The translations under genes were made by a program, and so were the position numbers. From Cyanophora paradoxa CCMP329 (lineage: Eukaryota; Plantae; Glaucophyta), in assembly GCA_004431415.1 (NCBI GenBank), contig QPMI01000559.1, forward strand, positions 1 to 64,000: DNA of 64,000 bases, written 5' to 3'. The stretch's first letter is position 1, and each line of letters opens with the position of its first letter. Positions 10,801 through 22,281 of this stretch are shown piece by piece. The notes under the pieces were generated by a model. The model made no database searches, had not been told where the DNA came from, and worked only from the letters and a program-made list of their open reading frames with translations.

Positions 10801-12173
10801 AGACTATTCTGCCACGTTGCTCTGCAGACCGCGCTCATGGGGGCAGCGCTCCTCTTCGCCTATTCTTGTTGTCTCCTCTGCCTTGTATAGTCGTCAGATA
10901 TTGCTAGGCTTCGACCTAGGGAATCGGATAGTAGACGTAGCTGGATCGGTGGGGTAGACGTATATGGTGAAATAACTAATGAAACGCTGGAGGTATACAC
11001 TTGAAACGCATGGAATCGGGGGCTATGGAGCGAAGCGGAATTGCCCGGGTGTGAGGTCCATGCGTATACAACAAACAATGCCTCCGACCTGGCTTGAGAA
11101 TTCGACATTTTCGCTGGAGAATTCGATATTTTCGCGCGCCCCCCGGCCCTTGCCCCCCACCAGCTGTGCGTGCAGCCCGCAGCGCCGGCCCCCCGACCCC
11201 CGCCGCTGCCCGGCACGCTCTGGGCCCCGGCACGCCTCGCGCGCCCCCGGCCCCCGCCTCCCACCCGGCGTCCCCTCACCCAGCTGCACATGCAGCCCGC
11301 TGGCGCCAGGTACCGGTGCAGGTGCTCACGCAGCCTGGCAGCGGGCCTCGAGGGAGTGGTGGGGCACAGGAGGGGCCGGGATGGGCCCGCGGAACCGTGC
11401 CCGTTCTCCTTCTCCCCAGGGCGGGCCCCGCGCCTGCGTCGGAGCACTGTGGAAGAACATGTATTATACGTGGATTCAGAATCTATAAGATCAGCGGGGG
11501 TGCCCGGGCCCTAGGGGGATGGCAATGGCGAGACCAGGGCACCATGTGCCATCCACATCCGGGATCCGTTTCTTTTCGAACTGAATATCTTTAGATGGAA
11601 ATTAGGTTTATTAAATCAAAGTACATCATAAGAACGACAATCAAGAGGGCTTTCAGAATATATAATAAGGTCGGCGCTCGCAAGTTAACCTAACCCGTAA
11701 AGTTGAAAAGGCTGCCAAAACGTCTGACGAGCTCTCAAACCTGACATCTGATCATGATCATGAGTCTCCCCCAACGTTTTAACTCTGTCATCATGAAAAC
11801 TGACCTCGAAGGGTGACTACATTACGACTCAACAACAGCCTTTATATTATACATAAAGACTTAAAAAAGCCTCATATATCACCCATTCACTGGGCATAGC
11901 TTGTTGGAACGAGATTTCGGAAATAATTGCGGCCGTGCCCTGACGTGGCCCACCATACCCCACCGCCGTGCCCCAACGTGCCCCACCGTGCTCGCTGCCG
12001 TGCCCCGACGTGTCCCCTACGTAGACACATTACTCTTGAACATCGCCACACGCATGTGAGCCGCGCCGCCGCCTGCCAAGCCGCCTGCGCCGCCCGGCGA
12101 GACGCGCCGCCGCCCGCCACGCCCTCGCCCCGCCCGGCGAGCCGCCGCACCGCCGCCCGCCGAGCCCCTTCCT

Positions 12174-13470
12174 GTGCAGCGAGCCCCGCCGTCGCGCGCC
12201 AGAGCCGCCGCCCCGCCCGCGGGCCTCGCCGCCGCCCGCCGCGCCTCCGGCCCGTGCGGCGAGCCCCGCCGTCGCGCGCCAGAGCCGCCGCCCCGCCCGA
12301 GAGCCTCGCCGCCGGCCGCCGCGCCTCCGGCCCGTGCGGCGAGCCCCGCCGTCGCGTGCCAGAGCCGCCGCCCCGCCCCGCGGGCCTCGCCGCCGCCCGC
12401 CGCGCCTCCGGCCCGTGCGGCGAGCCCCGCCGTCGCGTGCCAGAGCCGCCGCCCCGCCGCGAGAGCCTCGCCGCCGCCCGCCGCGCCTCCGGCCCGTGCG
12501 GCGAGCCCCGCCGTCGCGCGCCAGAGCCGCCGCCCCGCCCCGCGGGCCTCGCCGCCGCCCGCCGCGCCTCCAGCCCGTGCGGCGAGCCCCGCCGTCGCGC
12601 GCCAGAGCCGCCGCCCCGCCCCGCGGGCCTCGTCGCCACCCGCCGCGCCTCCGGCCCGTGCGGCGAGCCCCGCCGTCGCGCGCCAGAGCCGCCGCCCCGC
12701 CCCGCGGGCCTCGCCGCCGCCCGCTGCGCCTCCGGCCCGTGCGGCGAGCCCCGCCGCCGCCCGCCAGAGCCGCTGCCCCGCCCCGCGGGCCTCGTGGCCA
12801 CCCGCCGCGCCTCCGGCCCGTGCGGCGAGCCCCGCCGCCGCCCGCCAGAGCCGCCGCCCCGCCCCGCGAGCCTCGCCGCCGCCCGCCGCGCCTCCGGCCC
12901 GTGCGGCGAGCCCCGCCGTCGCGCGCCAGAGCCGCCGCCCCGCCCCGCGGGCCTCGCCACCGGCCGCCGCGCCTCCGGCCCGTGCGGCGAGCCCCGCCGT
13001 CGCGCGCCAGAGCAGCCGCCCCGCCCCGCGGGCCTCGCCGCCGCCCGCCGCGCCTCCGGCCCGTGCGGCGAGCCCCGCCGCCGCCCGCCAGAGCCGCTGC
13101 CCCGCCCCGCGGGCCTCGTCGCCACCCGCCGCGCCTCCGGCCCGTGCGGCGAGCCCCGCCGCCGCCCGCCAGAGCCGCTGCCCCGCCCCGCGAGCCTCGC
13201 CGCCGCCCGCCGCGCCTCCGGCCCGTGCGGCGAGCCCCGCCGCCGCCCGCCAGAGCCGCTGCCCCGCCCCGAGAGCTTCGCCGCCGCCCGCCGCGCCTCC
13301 GGCCCGTGCGGCGAGCCCCGCCACCGCGCGCCAGAGCCGCCGCCCCGCCCCGCGGGCCTCGCAGCCGCCCGCTGCGCCTCCGGCCCGTGCGGCGAGCCCC
13401 GCCGTCGCGCGCCAGAGCCGCCGCCCCGCCGCGAGAGCCTCGCCGCCGCCCGCCGCGCCTCCTCCCTGTG
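12174..13470. repeat. 81-bp GC-rich minisatellite, ~16 copies
   Basis: GAGCCCCG anchor at 12181, 12261, 12341, 12422, 12503 ... 13394. The first two units are 80 bp and the rest 81 bp. Confidence 0.95.
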
Positions 13471-14856
13471 CGACGAGCCGCGCCGCCGCACGCCGCGCCG
13501 CCGCCCGCCGCGCCGCCGCCCGCCGCGCTGCCACCCGGCCCGCTCAGCGAGCGGCCCCATGACCTGTCTATGAGAAAACTTCTAAGCGTGGTACGAACCG
13601 TTGATTTCGGTTGCTGCAAGGCCGGGTCCCTGCATGGATCGCGCTGCGTCAGCATCTGCGCTGTGTCGCCGAGTCGCCCTGCGTGACCGAGTACTCAGCC
13701 CCGGGGACTCATAGGAGACATTGTACCAGAAGTGGCACGCACGAAGCTTTTCGCTCGCTAGCAGCTCGGGCTGTGTACCGGTTGCCTCTCGCCATATCGC
13801 GCTGCAACTACGGTACTCTCGCCGGGGCGCCAGTTCTTGGTACTTTCTGCAACTACGCGCCGCTGCGGCAGTTGCCGCGCGGTAGTAAGTGGCGGCAGTT
13901 GCGGCGCAGTTGTACGCTGCAGTACGCAATTTGTACCGGGGTACACATTCATAAGACCTTCGTCAACGGCACTGCACAGGCTGGCTTCCTCCAGCTGACC
14001 GGGCTGGCTGACGCCCGAGCAGCAGCGTCGAGCCGCGACTCCTAGCGTGCGTTTGCCTCTTGTTTATGCGCAGATTCTGTCCTGTTCACGCACATGTCGG
14101 ACTAACGGACACCTGCCGCGGTCGGTCTCCCGCTGTACACGTGGCTCCAGCGTGTGCCACGCTCCCTAACTAGCTTTTTAGAGTGGACGGCGATCCTTCC
14201 GAGCGCCGAGACGCGAATTCCGTCGCCTTGGCCAGGTCCGAACAGCCGACATCTGCCTAATCCGTGCCCAACAGGCCTTCCTGACCATCGGAAATGCGCA
14301 TTGATTGTGCTACTGTGCGCAGAAGCCCTCGGTTGTGCAGGTCCGCCTTGATCTTGTTGGGACTTCCGTTTGCAGGCCCGAGGCTTGCCCATAAGGCCCT
14401 ACTGGACATCAATGATGATCTGACTTCCGAAGTTCGCTGTGCAGGAGCCTTCGGTTGCTCACCCGCGTTCCGCGTTCGGCGGTCTCTCTGGCTCCAGGTA
14501 CGCTCGCGCCCCAGGGCGCGCTGCGCTTACTAGCAGTGTGTTCCATCCTATTTCTAGCCTATCGGCTTGCAGACCCTGAGAGCCGCTGCCGCCCCGCCCC
14601 TCGCCCGGAGCCGCTTGTAGTGACTTCCCGCGTGCAGGTACCTCTGGCGACACCCCGGCGCGCGCGCCAAGGTGCAAGTGGCGGGCGACAGTGCTACATA
14701 CAGCCCGTTTAGCTTGTAGATAGCTAGCTACGTATCTGTAGCTTAGTAGCTCGCTAGCTAGCTAGCTAGCCGTGGTTGTACAATTGATACCGTAGTACTG
14801 GATCTTGTTGCAGGGCGCGGGTGCGGGATGCAGGTGCGGCGCGGCAGCAGGCGCAG

Positions 14857-15018
14857 GTGAGCACGAGATGAGCGCGAGATGAGCCCTAGATGAGCACGAG
14901 ATAGGAAAAAAAGAAAAAAAACTCATCTCGTGCCCACCTCGATGTGTCGTTTTGCCCTAGATGAGTGCGAGCAGCATCTAGGGGTTTTACCTAGGTGAGC
15001 CCTAGATGACCGGGCCTG
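14857..15018. mobile_element. Putative DNA-transposon end (hAT-like) with subterminal AGATGAG repeats
   Basis: Multiple (G/T)AGATGAG/CTCATCT motifs in both orientations, ending ...CTAGATGACCGGGCCTG (reverse complement begins CAGGCCCGG). No transposase or matching left end found. Confidence 0.4.
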
Positions 15019-15019
15019 T

Positions 15020-15387
15020 GCTTGGACTCGCTCGGGTCGCGCGCACAACCCTCAAGCGCGTCGGCTGCAGTCAGCGTATCTTCGAGTGCCTCTCTTACTG
15101 CTGCGGGACCACCCGACGATGGGCCGGAGGCGAGGCGCGCGCAGCGGAGGTGGCGCGGCGGGAGTCGCAGGTGCGGTGGATGGAGACGGCGTGCGGTGGA
15201 TGGAGACGGCGTGCGAGGCCGAGAAGTAGACCTAGGGTTTCGATCTCGAGCTTCGGTATTCGATTTCGATTTTCGACGTCACTTGCCTATCTGTCTGAGC
15301 CCTTACGACTCGACCGGCGGCCCACTGCTAGCCAAACAGCCGCTAGGGCTAGTCCAGATGTCGTTGGTCGTGTCTGAAATGCATGAG
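15020..15387. other. Mosaic of copied fragments from downstream loci
   Basis: 15020-15129 = 29690-29799. 15127-15220 = 30987-31060 with an internal 20-bp duplication. 15240-15387 = reverse complement of 42031-42178 with 3 mismatches. Confidence 0.92.
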
Positions 15388-15627
15388 ACAGCCTGCAGCA
15401 GCGACTTTATTTCGGAATCATAGCTCCCCTAGAATTCATTTGTAGGCCTGCCGCTGCGCATGTCCGAGGCTCCTCCGAGGTTCATCGTCCGACGGTCCGG
15501 TCATCTGACTCAGCCTGGCAGTGATGCCATCATCACTGAGTCAGATGATCCCGGAGTCCGATGATCATCAGAGTATCTCACTCATGATCAGGCTTTTATT
15601 TCTTGATCATCATGGCATCGATACATA

Positions 15628-18600
15628 TCATTTCGAAGTCGGAAATTCCAAGTTTCCAAGTTTCAAGCCTTGCCCGGCGGCCATCATATGCATGGCATGG
15701 CCAGGCTTGCACTGCAATTTATGTTGGAGCCTGGCCCTGTGGCTTCCGAACTCAGTGACTGCATTTAAAATTTGCCACGCGCTTGGCGGCAGGTTCACGG
15801 TTTCGGATTGCGCGGACACAAACTTGACAAGCATGTGCTTCATGAATTCGAAATTGCGAGCCGAAGGGTTTCGAGTCTGCAGATGGCTGACGAAGCTCAA
15901 GTAGAGGGCGAGGTCGGGGGCTAGGGAGGGGCGGCGAATGCGGCGGTGGCGCGGGCGAGGGCGCGGGCCATGGCCCAGCCGAGGGAGCGGGCGGGGAGGG
16001 CCGCCTCCAGCGCCCCCGCCAGCTGGCCCCGCCCCCGCCTCAGCAGTGCCCCCGCCGCACACCCCCGCCCGGCCCCTGCCGCACCGTCACGACTTCCGCG
16101 ACGACCTCCGCCGCCGGCGCCGATGCGCCCCGGGCCCGCGCCCGAACCGCTCCTCCAGCTGCCCCCGCCTCAGACGGAGGGCGCCGGGGCGGGGCGGGGC
16201 GGGCGGACGCGCTGGGAGGGGGTGACGGCGGCGTCGAGGTCCTGCGGGGGCGGTGAGGGCGGGGCGGGGGCGTGCGGGCGGGCGGGGTGCCTCCTCGGCG
16301 TGGAGGGCGGCCTCGAGGAGCGCCATGGCGGGGTGGCCCCTCGCGAACGCCAGCACCTCCCGCGCCCCGCGCCCCGCCCCGTCCCCGCCCCCGCCCCGGC
16401 CCCCGCACCACCGCCCCCACCTCCCACGGGCTCACTGCCGCGCGGTTAGCCCGGCGGGGACAGGGGCGGGGCGGCGGGGCGGCACCGAGGTTGTCGGTCT
16501 GCTCGGAAGCGGGGTCCGCGACGAAGGGCCCGCCAGGCGGGGAGCCCCAGGCCACAGTCAGGCTGCTCCCGCGCCCCGCGCCCGTCGGCTGCGCCCCGAG
16601 CGAGCGCGGTGCAGGGGGAGCACCTGCCCAGGGGCGAAGCCGGCAGCTCCTCCTCGAGCGCTGCCGGCCCTGTTGGTGCGGCGCGGGGCCGCGCGCGAGG
16701 CGCTTGCGCACGGCCGACAGCGAGGAGGAGGCCCCAGCGCCAGCGGGCCTCGGCGGGGGCGGAGGCGGGGCGGGCGGGGGCGGGAAGGGGACGGCGAGGG
16801 CGTCGCCCGGGCAAGGGGCCGGGCGAGCGCGATGTTGTAGACGCCCTTCTCCAGGAGCCACTCCGCCCCTGCGCCCCGCTCGCCCCGCCCGAGGGGGCGG
16901 GGTGGGGGGCGGGGGGCGGGGGACCGGCGGCGAGGCGGGGGAGGAAGGGGAGGCGGGCGAGGGCGGCGGGCGGGCGCCCGGGGGAGGGGCGGCAGGAAGG
17001 TCACCACCACGTCCTGCTCCGCCCCCGCTCGCCGCGGCGCCGGCGCGGGGCGCGGAGCGGGCACCTGCCAGCCGGCCTCCACCTCGGGCCGCGGCACCAC
17101 GCGCCGCACCTGCGCCCGGTGCGCGAACGCCTGCCCCCGCGTCGGCCCCGCTCCCGCGCCACGGGGTTAGGGGCGGGGAGGGGACCTGGGCTGTCGAGGC
17201 GCGGAGGGGCCGCCAGTAGGGGGCGGGGAGGGAGAGCTGGGCGGCGGCGACGAGGGCCCCCCGCGCGGCGAGGAAGGCGCCGTACCTGCGTCCCCCGGGG
17301 GGATCGAGCGGGGCGGGGCGCGAGGGGCGGCGGCCGGCGCACGGCTGCACGAGGAGAACGACCTCCATCGGCGGGGCCAGCTTCGCCCGCCGCCACTCCA
17401 GGGGCCCCACATCCGGCACCCTCCCGCCCGGCCCGCCCCCCGCCTCCGCCTCCGCCGGCGCAGCGCGCGACGGGCCGGGCTCCTGGCTCGCATCCATCGG
17501 ACGCGACGACCGGCGGGCGCTCCTGCCCGCCCGTCGCCCGCCTTGGGGCTGACGCTCAGGAGGCAGTGCCGCGGGCTCCGGCGGCGGAGGCGGCGGCTGG
17601 CTGGCAGGTGGCTGGGCGGGGGAGTGCGGGGGCGGGCAGTACTGGCGGGGCAGGGGGCGGCGGGCGGAGACGAGGGGGCAGAGGCCCTGGGACGGGGGCG
17701 CGGGGGCGCGGGAGGCCTCGAGGGCCTCCAGGGAGGAGCGCGTGGGGCCCCAGCCCGCAGCAGCGACTCCCCCCGGGTCGCCCCTCCCCGAGGCCCCCGC
17801 CCCCTCTGCGGGGCCCCGCCCGCCCCTGCGAGGCCGCCTGCACTCGCTCCTTGCCCTCGCACTCCCCCGCGCGCCTCGCTGCGGCGGGGCGGCCGCCGCA
17901 GCGTCGGGCGGCTTGCGCCGGGAGCGGGGCCCGGTGCCGGCGACGTGGGCGACGGGGCGTGGAGCGTGCGCGGGGCTTGGAGCGGCGCCAGTCCCCCGCG
18001 AGGGCGCTCGCCGGCGCCTGGCTCCACTCGGGGGACTGCCATGTGCTCGCCCCGCCCCGCCCGCCGCCGCCGGCTTCTCGGGCCCCGCAACCGGCGTCGC
18101 AGGGGCCGGCGGCTGGGGCGGCGGCTCCGGCGGCGCCGCAGCAACCTTCCGCCGCTTCTTCTTGGGCAGAGGGGGGCTCCTGACCGGCCCCTCGGGCGGC
18201 GGCGGCGGCGGCCCGGAGGCGCGCTCCGTCGCCCCGGCTGCTGCGGGCGCTGCGGCGCCTCTACGGGAGGCTCGCCGGCGGGGGGCCCCTTGCGCTTGCA
18301 GGAGGCGCACAGGAGGTCTGCGCGCGCCTCTCGCCGCGCGCACGGCGCGCACGAGAGGGGCGCGAGCGCACCTTGGCTCGTCTGCACCGCCACATCCGCG
18401 CTCCGCGGGGGCCCGCCGGCGGCGGCCCGCGCGGCGGATCCAGCCGCAGGGGCCGGCTCGGAAGGGGAGACGAGGGTCGGGGAAGGGTGCTGGGTGGCTG
18501 GAGGAGGGGCGGGAGGGGAGGCGGGGGGCTGGAGGGTGGAGGAGGTGCCGTCGCCGGCGCTGAGCTCCGCGGGGGGCGCCCCTGCCGCGAAGGCCAGCTT

Positions 18601-21133
18601 GCGCGCGCTCTTGCGCCCGCTCTTCCCTGCCCCGCACACGCGTCACCGCCCCGTCGATGCGGGGGCCGGGGAGGGCGGGCGGACGGCGGGAGGGGCGCGG
18701 GGCGGGGCGGGGCGGGGCGGGGTCGAGTATGGAGCAGGCGGCGAAGCTCTCGTCCACGTCCGGCAGCTCGCTCCCGCTGCGCCCCGTCGCCTCCCGCCCC
18801 GCGCCCCCGCCGCCCCCGCCCAAGGCGCACCTCGAGAAGAGCTCCTCGCCGCCGCACCCCTCGCCGCCCTCGCCGTCCGTCGTCCCCTCCTCCTCCCGCC
18901 CTTCCACGTCCATCCGCTCCGCCACCGCCGGCCGCCCCCGCGCCCCCGGCCGGCACGCGGCCGGCGGCGTGCGGGGCGGGGCGGGGGCAGGCGGGGCGGG
19001 GGTGGCGGGAGTCGGGGGTGCAGGGGAGCGGGGGCCGGCGGAGGCGCGGCGGGGGCGCGGGCCGGCGCAAGGCGGTTGGAGGCGAGGAGGTCAAGAAGCT
19101 GCGCGGCCCGTCGGCGCGGCGCGGCCGCGGCGGGGGCGCCCCCCGCACCATCTCGATCATCAGCTCCTTCTTCTGCACCTTGAGGGGCACGTGCGCCCCG
19201 TTCGTCCGCAGCAGCTGCCCGCGCCTCGGCCCCCGCCGCACGCCGCGCGGCGCGGGGCGCAAGGCGCGCACGGTGAGGAGCTCCGCCTTGTTGAACGCCG
19301 TGTGCACCGCGAACTGCGCCGCCCGAGCTCGCGGCACGCACGCAGCGCTCGCTCGCATGGCGCACCTTGTCGACACCAGGCCCTTTCGCCATCAACCGCC
19401 TCCACAGCTCCCCGTACCTTGCCTCCCCTCAGCAAGCAGCTCAGCGCTCTCCCGCAGCGCACGCGCACCCCGGAGCGCCGGCGGCAGCGGTGCTGGGGGC
19501 CGTGGAGGCGGAGGCGGGGGCGAGGGTGTCGGGCCTGGCGAGGAAGCGGGAGGGCGCTGCCTGGCGGGCGGCGAGGCCGGCGGCGGCGATGGATCGGGCG
19601 AGGAGGTCCGGGGGGCGCCCGCCGCCGCCCCCCGCGGCCGCCCAGCACTCGTCGAAACTCTGCGTGTGCGACATCTGCGCCACGCGCTCGTCGCCAGGCC
19701 AGCGTGCAGCGCGCCGCGCGGCACCTGCTGCGACGGCGCGCGCCGCCCGCTCGCGCTGCCCTGCGAGAGGGCGCGGAGGCCCTCCGGGTCCTCGCCTCCT
19801 CGACGGCCTGCGGGGGTGGCTGGCCCTGGCTCGCCCTGCGAGGCCCGCTGCTCCTCGCCTCCGCCCGTCGGCCCCGCCGGGGAGCCCCTGCATGCCCCGT
19901 CCCGCGCGCCGGGCGAGGGCACCCAGGGCCCCGCCGCGAGGGCGCCCTGCGCCGGGCCCCTCCACGGCGTTTCCTGCGCGCCCGATATCGGCTCGATATC
20001 CCAGGTTCAGCGGCGGCTCGATATCCCAGGAGCAGCACGGCGCCGCGCACCGAGGGACGCCCTTGCCCCCGATCTTGGCTGCTCGGCGGCGATGCGAAGA
20101 GGCGAGGGCGCGGCTGGTGCTGCTGCAGGTCTGGCTGCGAAGAGGAGAGCGGCTGCGCCTCGTCCGCATCGTCGAAATGCCCGGGTTGCAACCAGCTCTC
20201 CGGCTGGCTGTACGAGACCGACTGGCGCGGCTGCCTCGTCTCACCAGCACCGCGCGGGGGGAGCCCAGTGGCCATGGGGGGTTGGGTCGAAAGGCGCGAG
20301 GGACCCGCTGGAGAAAGGGAGCGGGCCTGGCGAGGAGCGGGTGGCAGCTCCAGAGCGTGCGATCCATGCGCGGGCGCGAATAGTGGCACGCTCGGTCGGC
20401 GAGAGAACGGCGCCCTACTGCCGTCAACGCACTGCAGCTGCTCCACGCGCGTTGGCGCCATACGTGGCGAGGGGAGGAGGTCATCTGCCCTGGGAAGAGC
20501 AACAGGCCGCATCAAGCTGCTCCTTGACGGCTGGATCGCGCTGCGGGAAGTTCCTGGCTGGGCGCTGCCTTGCTGCCGCTGCGCATGCGCATGCGAAAGC
20601 CCCTGCTGATACATTCGATCTCCTGCCAGCGCGCCTCCGAATGTACTGCGGCTTATTCCCAGTGGAAGCTGCTGCAGTGGCTGCTGTCGACCAAGTTGGG
20701 CGTCGAAATGCGTACGCGCGCGGTTTCCTGCGGATTCAGAATTCGAATGCAAACTGGCGTTGACGACTGGCGTGTAGGCCCGCCACGATGATTCCGCGCG
20801 CTCATGCGATGAGAGACGAGAGAAATCCGTCGATCGCTGATCACGTACGCGCGCGCCAGAGTCGGCGCCGGCGGCCGGATGGCCATGGCCATGAGCGAAA
20901 ATCGGCGACGAATCCCGCAAGGACGACTCGCGCAATCGCGGCTGATGCTGCGGATGTGCTGACCTTATCGCAATTCCTCGGGCCGAGCCGGACGCGGCGG
21001 CCGTACGCCCCGCTGCAGCGTTCGAGCCGTCTGCGTGCAGCGCCGCCGCGGAGTGGCCGCCCTTTCTTGTTGAGAGCCACTGCAGCGGCTGATCGCCGTC
21101 GTCTTCGATGCGATCCTCAGCGAAGCCCTCCAT
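15628..21133 (-). CDS. Large multi-exon low-complexity protein, probably nuclear (SAP/HeH-like motif, CxxC..CxxC, KKKRRK)
   Basis: Long first exon from ATG 21133. Spliced segment YGELWRRLMAKGPGVDK-FAVHTAFNKAELLT-LLRTNGAHVPLKVQKKELMIEM-LLDLL; CAPC...CASC; NLS-like KKKRRK. The 3' end and single-gene status are uncertain. Confidence 0.45.
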
Positions 21134-21223
21134 CGCGTGGCGGCGTGGCGGAGCGCCTGCCTGTGGGGTTCGAATCCCGGTGGGCCCCATTCGGAGGAAC
21201 AGCCACGGAAGCTTCGGCTAGAG

Positions 21224-21996
21224 ATGAGGGCCGCATTACACATGACGCGCGGGTGTGCACGAGCAGCGCAAGCGATGCGAACTCACGCAGCCGCTTCGCC
21301 GCTTCGAGGTGCGCCCGCGAGTCGCCCCGCGCGCGAGCGAACGCTTGCCAATGACGCAGCAGCGTGCGTGGATGCGCCGCAAATACGCACTTGGGCGCCT
21401 GCTGGCGCGAGGAGGTGGATGGCGAGTGCGTCCAATGATAAGAAGCCTGCGACCCCGGCAGCTGATCTTCCTGTGTGAGCCCTTACGGTGGAGTGCGGCG
21501 CTCCGCTCCACGACGGCTGCGCTCACGGTTGCCGGCGGCGGCGCAGGTACGAGATGACTTTCGTCGAGAAGGACGGAACGCTAAGGACAGTAAAGTGCAA
21601 AGAGGGCCAGAGCGTGCTGGACATCGCGCACGAGCACGACGTGGATCTCGAGGGTGGGCGCCGCGCGGGGCGGCGCGGGGGCGGGGCGGGGGCCGACGGG
21701 GCGGCAGGGGCGTGCGAGGGGTCGCTGGCGTGCTCGACGTGCCACGTGGTGGTGGACCCGAAGTTCTTCGACAAGATCCCGGAGGCGACGGACGAGGAGA
21801 ACGACATGCTCGACCTCGCCTTCGGCCTCACACAAACGTGCGCCGCGCCGCCGAGGGGGGCCGGGGCCGTGAGCACGGGCGTAGGTCGCGTCTGGGGTGC
21901 CAGATCAAGATTGGGCGGGAGCTAGCCGGCCTGGTAGTCACCGTCCCCAAGGACACGCGAGACATGCGGGAGCCGCCCGCCGCCCCTAAGCCCTAG
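21224..21996 (+). CDS. Mitochondrial adrenodoxin-type 2Fe-2S ferredoxin (FDX/Yah1-like), multi-exon
   Basis: Arg/Ala presequence; LEGACEGSLACSTCHV, EENDMLDLAFGLT and SRLGCQI motifs. Confidence 0.93.
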
Positions 21997-22281
21997 CCCG
22001 GTAGGCGGGGTGGTGGCGGACGAGGGGGCGGGGGCTGAGGGGTGGCGGCAGGTCGCGGCTCGGCTGCTCGGTGAAGATGACGCGGGAGCTCGACGGGCTC
22101 GTCGTGCGCCTGCCCCCCGCCACCCGCAACATGGCCGTCGACGGCGCCAAGCTCGGCCACTGACCCCTCGGCCCCAACCCTACCCACCCCTCCCCGCTCT
22201 CGCTCTGTGACGGAGGGCCAATTGCGCTGCACTGAAAGACGGCGGGGGCGGGGGCGGGGGCGGAGGCGGGGCGGGGACGGG

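Larger units (their letters stand above)
1..11130. mobile_element. Endogenous Polinton-like virus / virophage-like element (right part only; left end outside window, right boundary uncertain between ~10.5 and ~11.9 kb)
   Basis: Abrupt AT-rich composition versus the GC-rich host block. Intron-less, tightly packed ORFs with AT-rich TAAA(A)TG-like start contexts. Encodes a penton-like protein, fibre proteins and a lipase. No major capsid, ATPase, polymerase or integrase visible in the window. Confidence 0.8.

Noticed and set aside
11887-13686. 450-557 aa ORFs on both strands
   Set aside because: Artefact of a stop-free 81-bp GC-rich minisatellite; no frame is favoured.
15233-15240. TAGGGTTT as de novo telomere addition in the mosaic filler
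   Set aside because: Only one unit, and similar sequence lies nearby at ~14978-14995.
16040-20763. Numerous long overlapping Arg/Gly/Pro/Ala ORFs (also throughout 30-53 kb)
   Set aside because: Expected from very high GC and read-through of short stop-free introns; the real genes are spliced.
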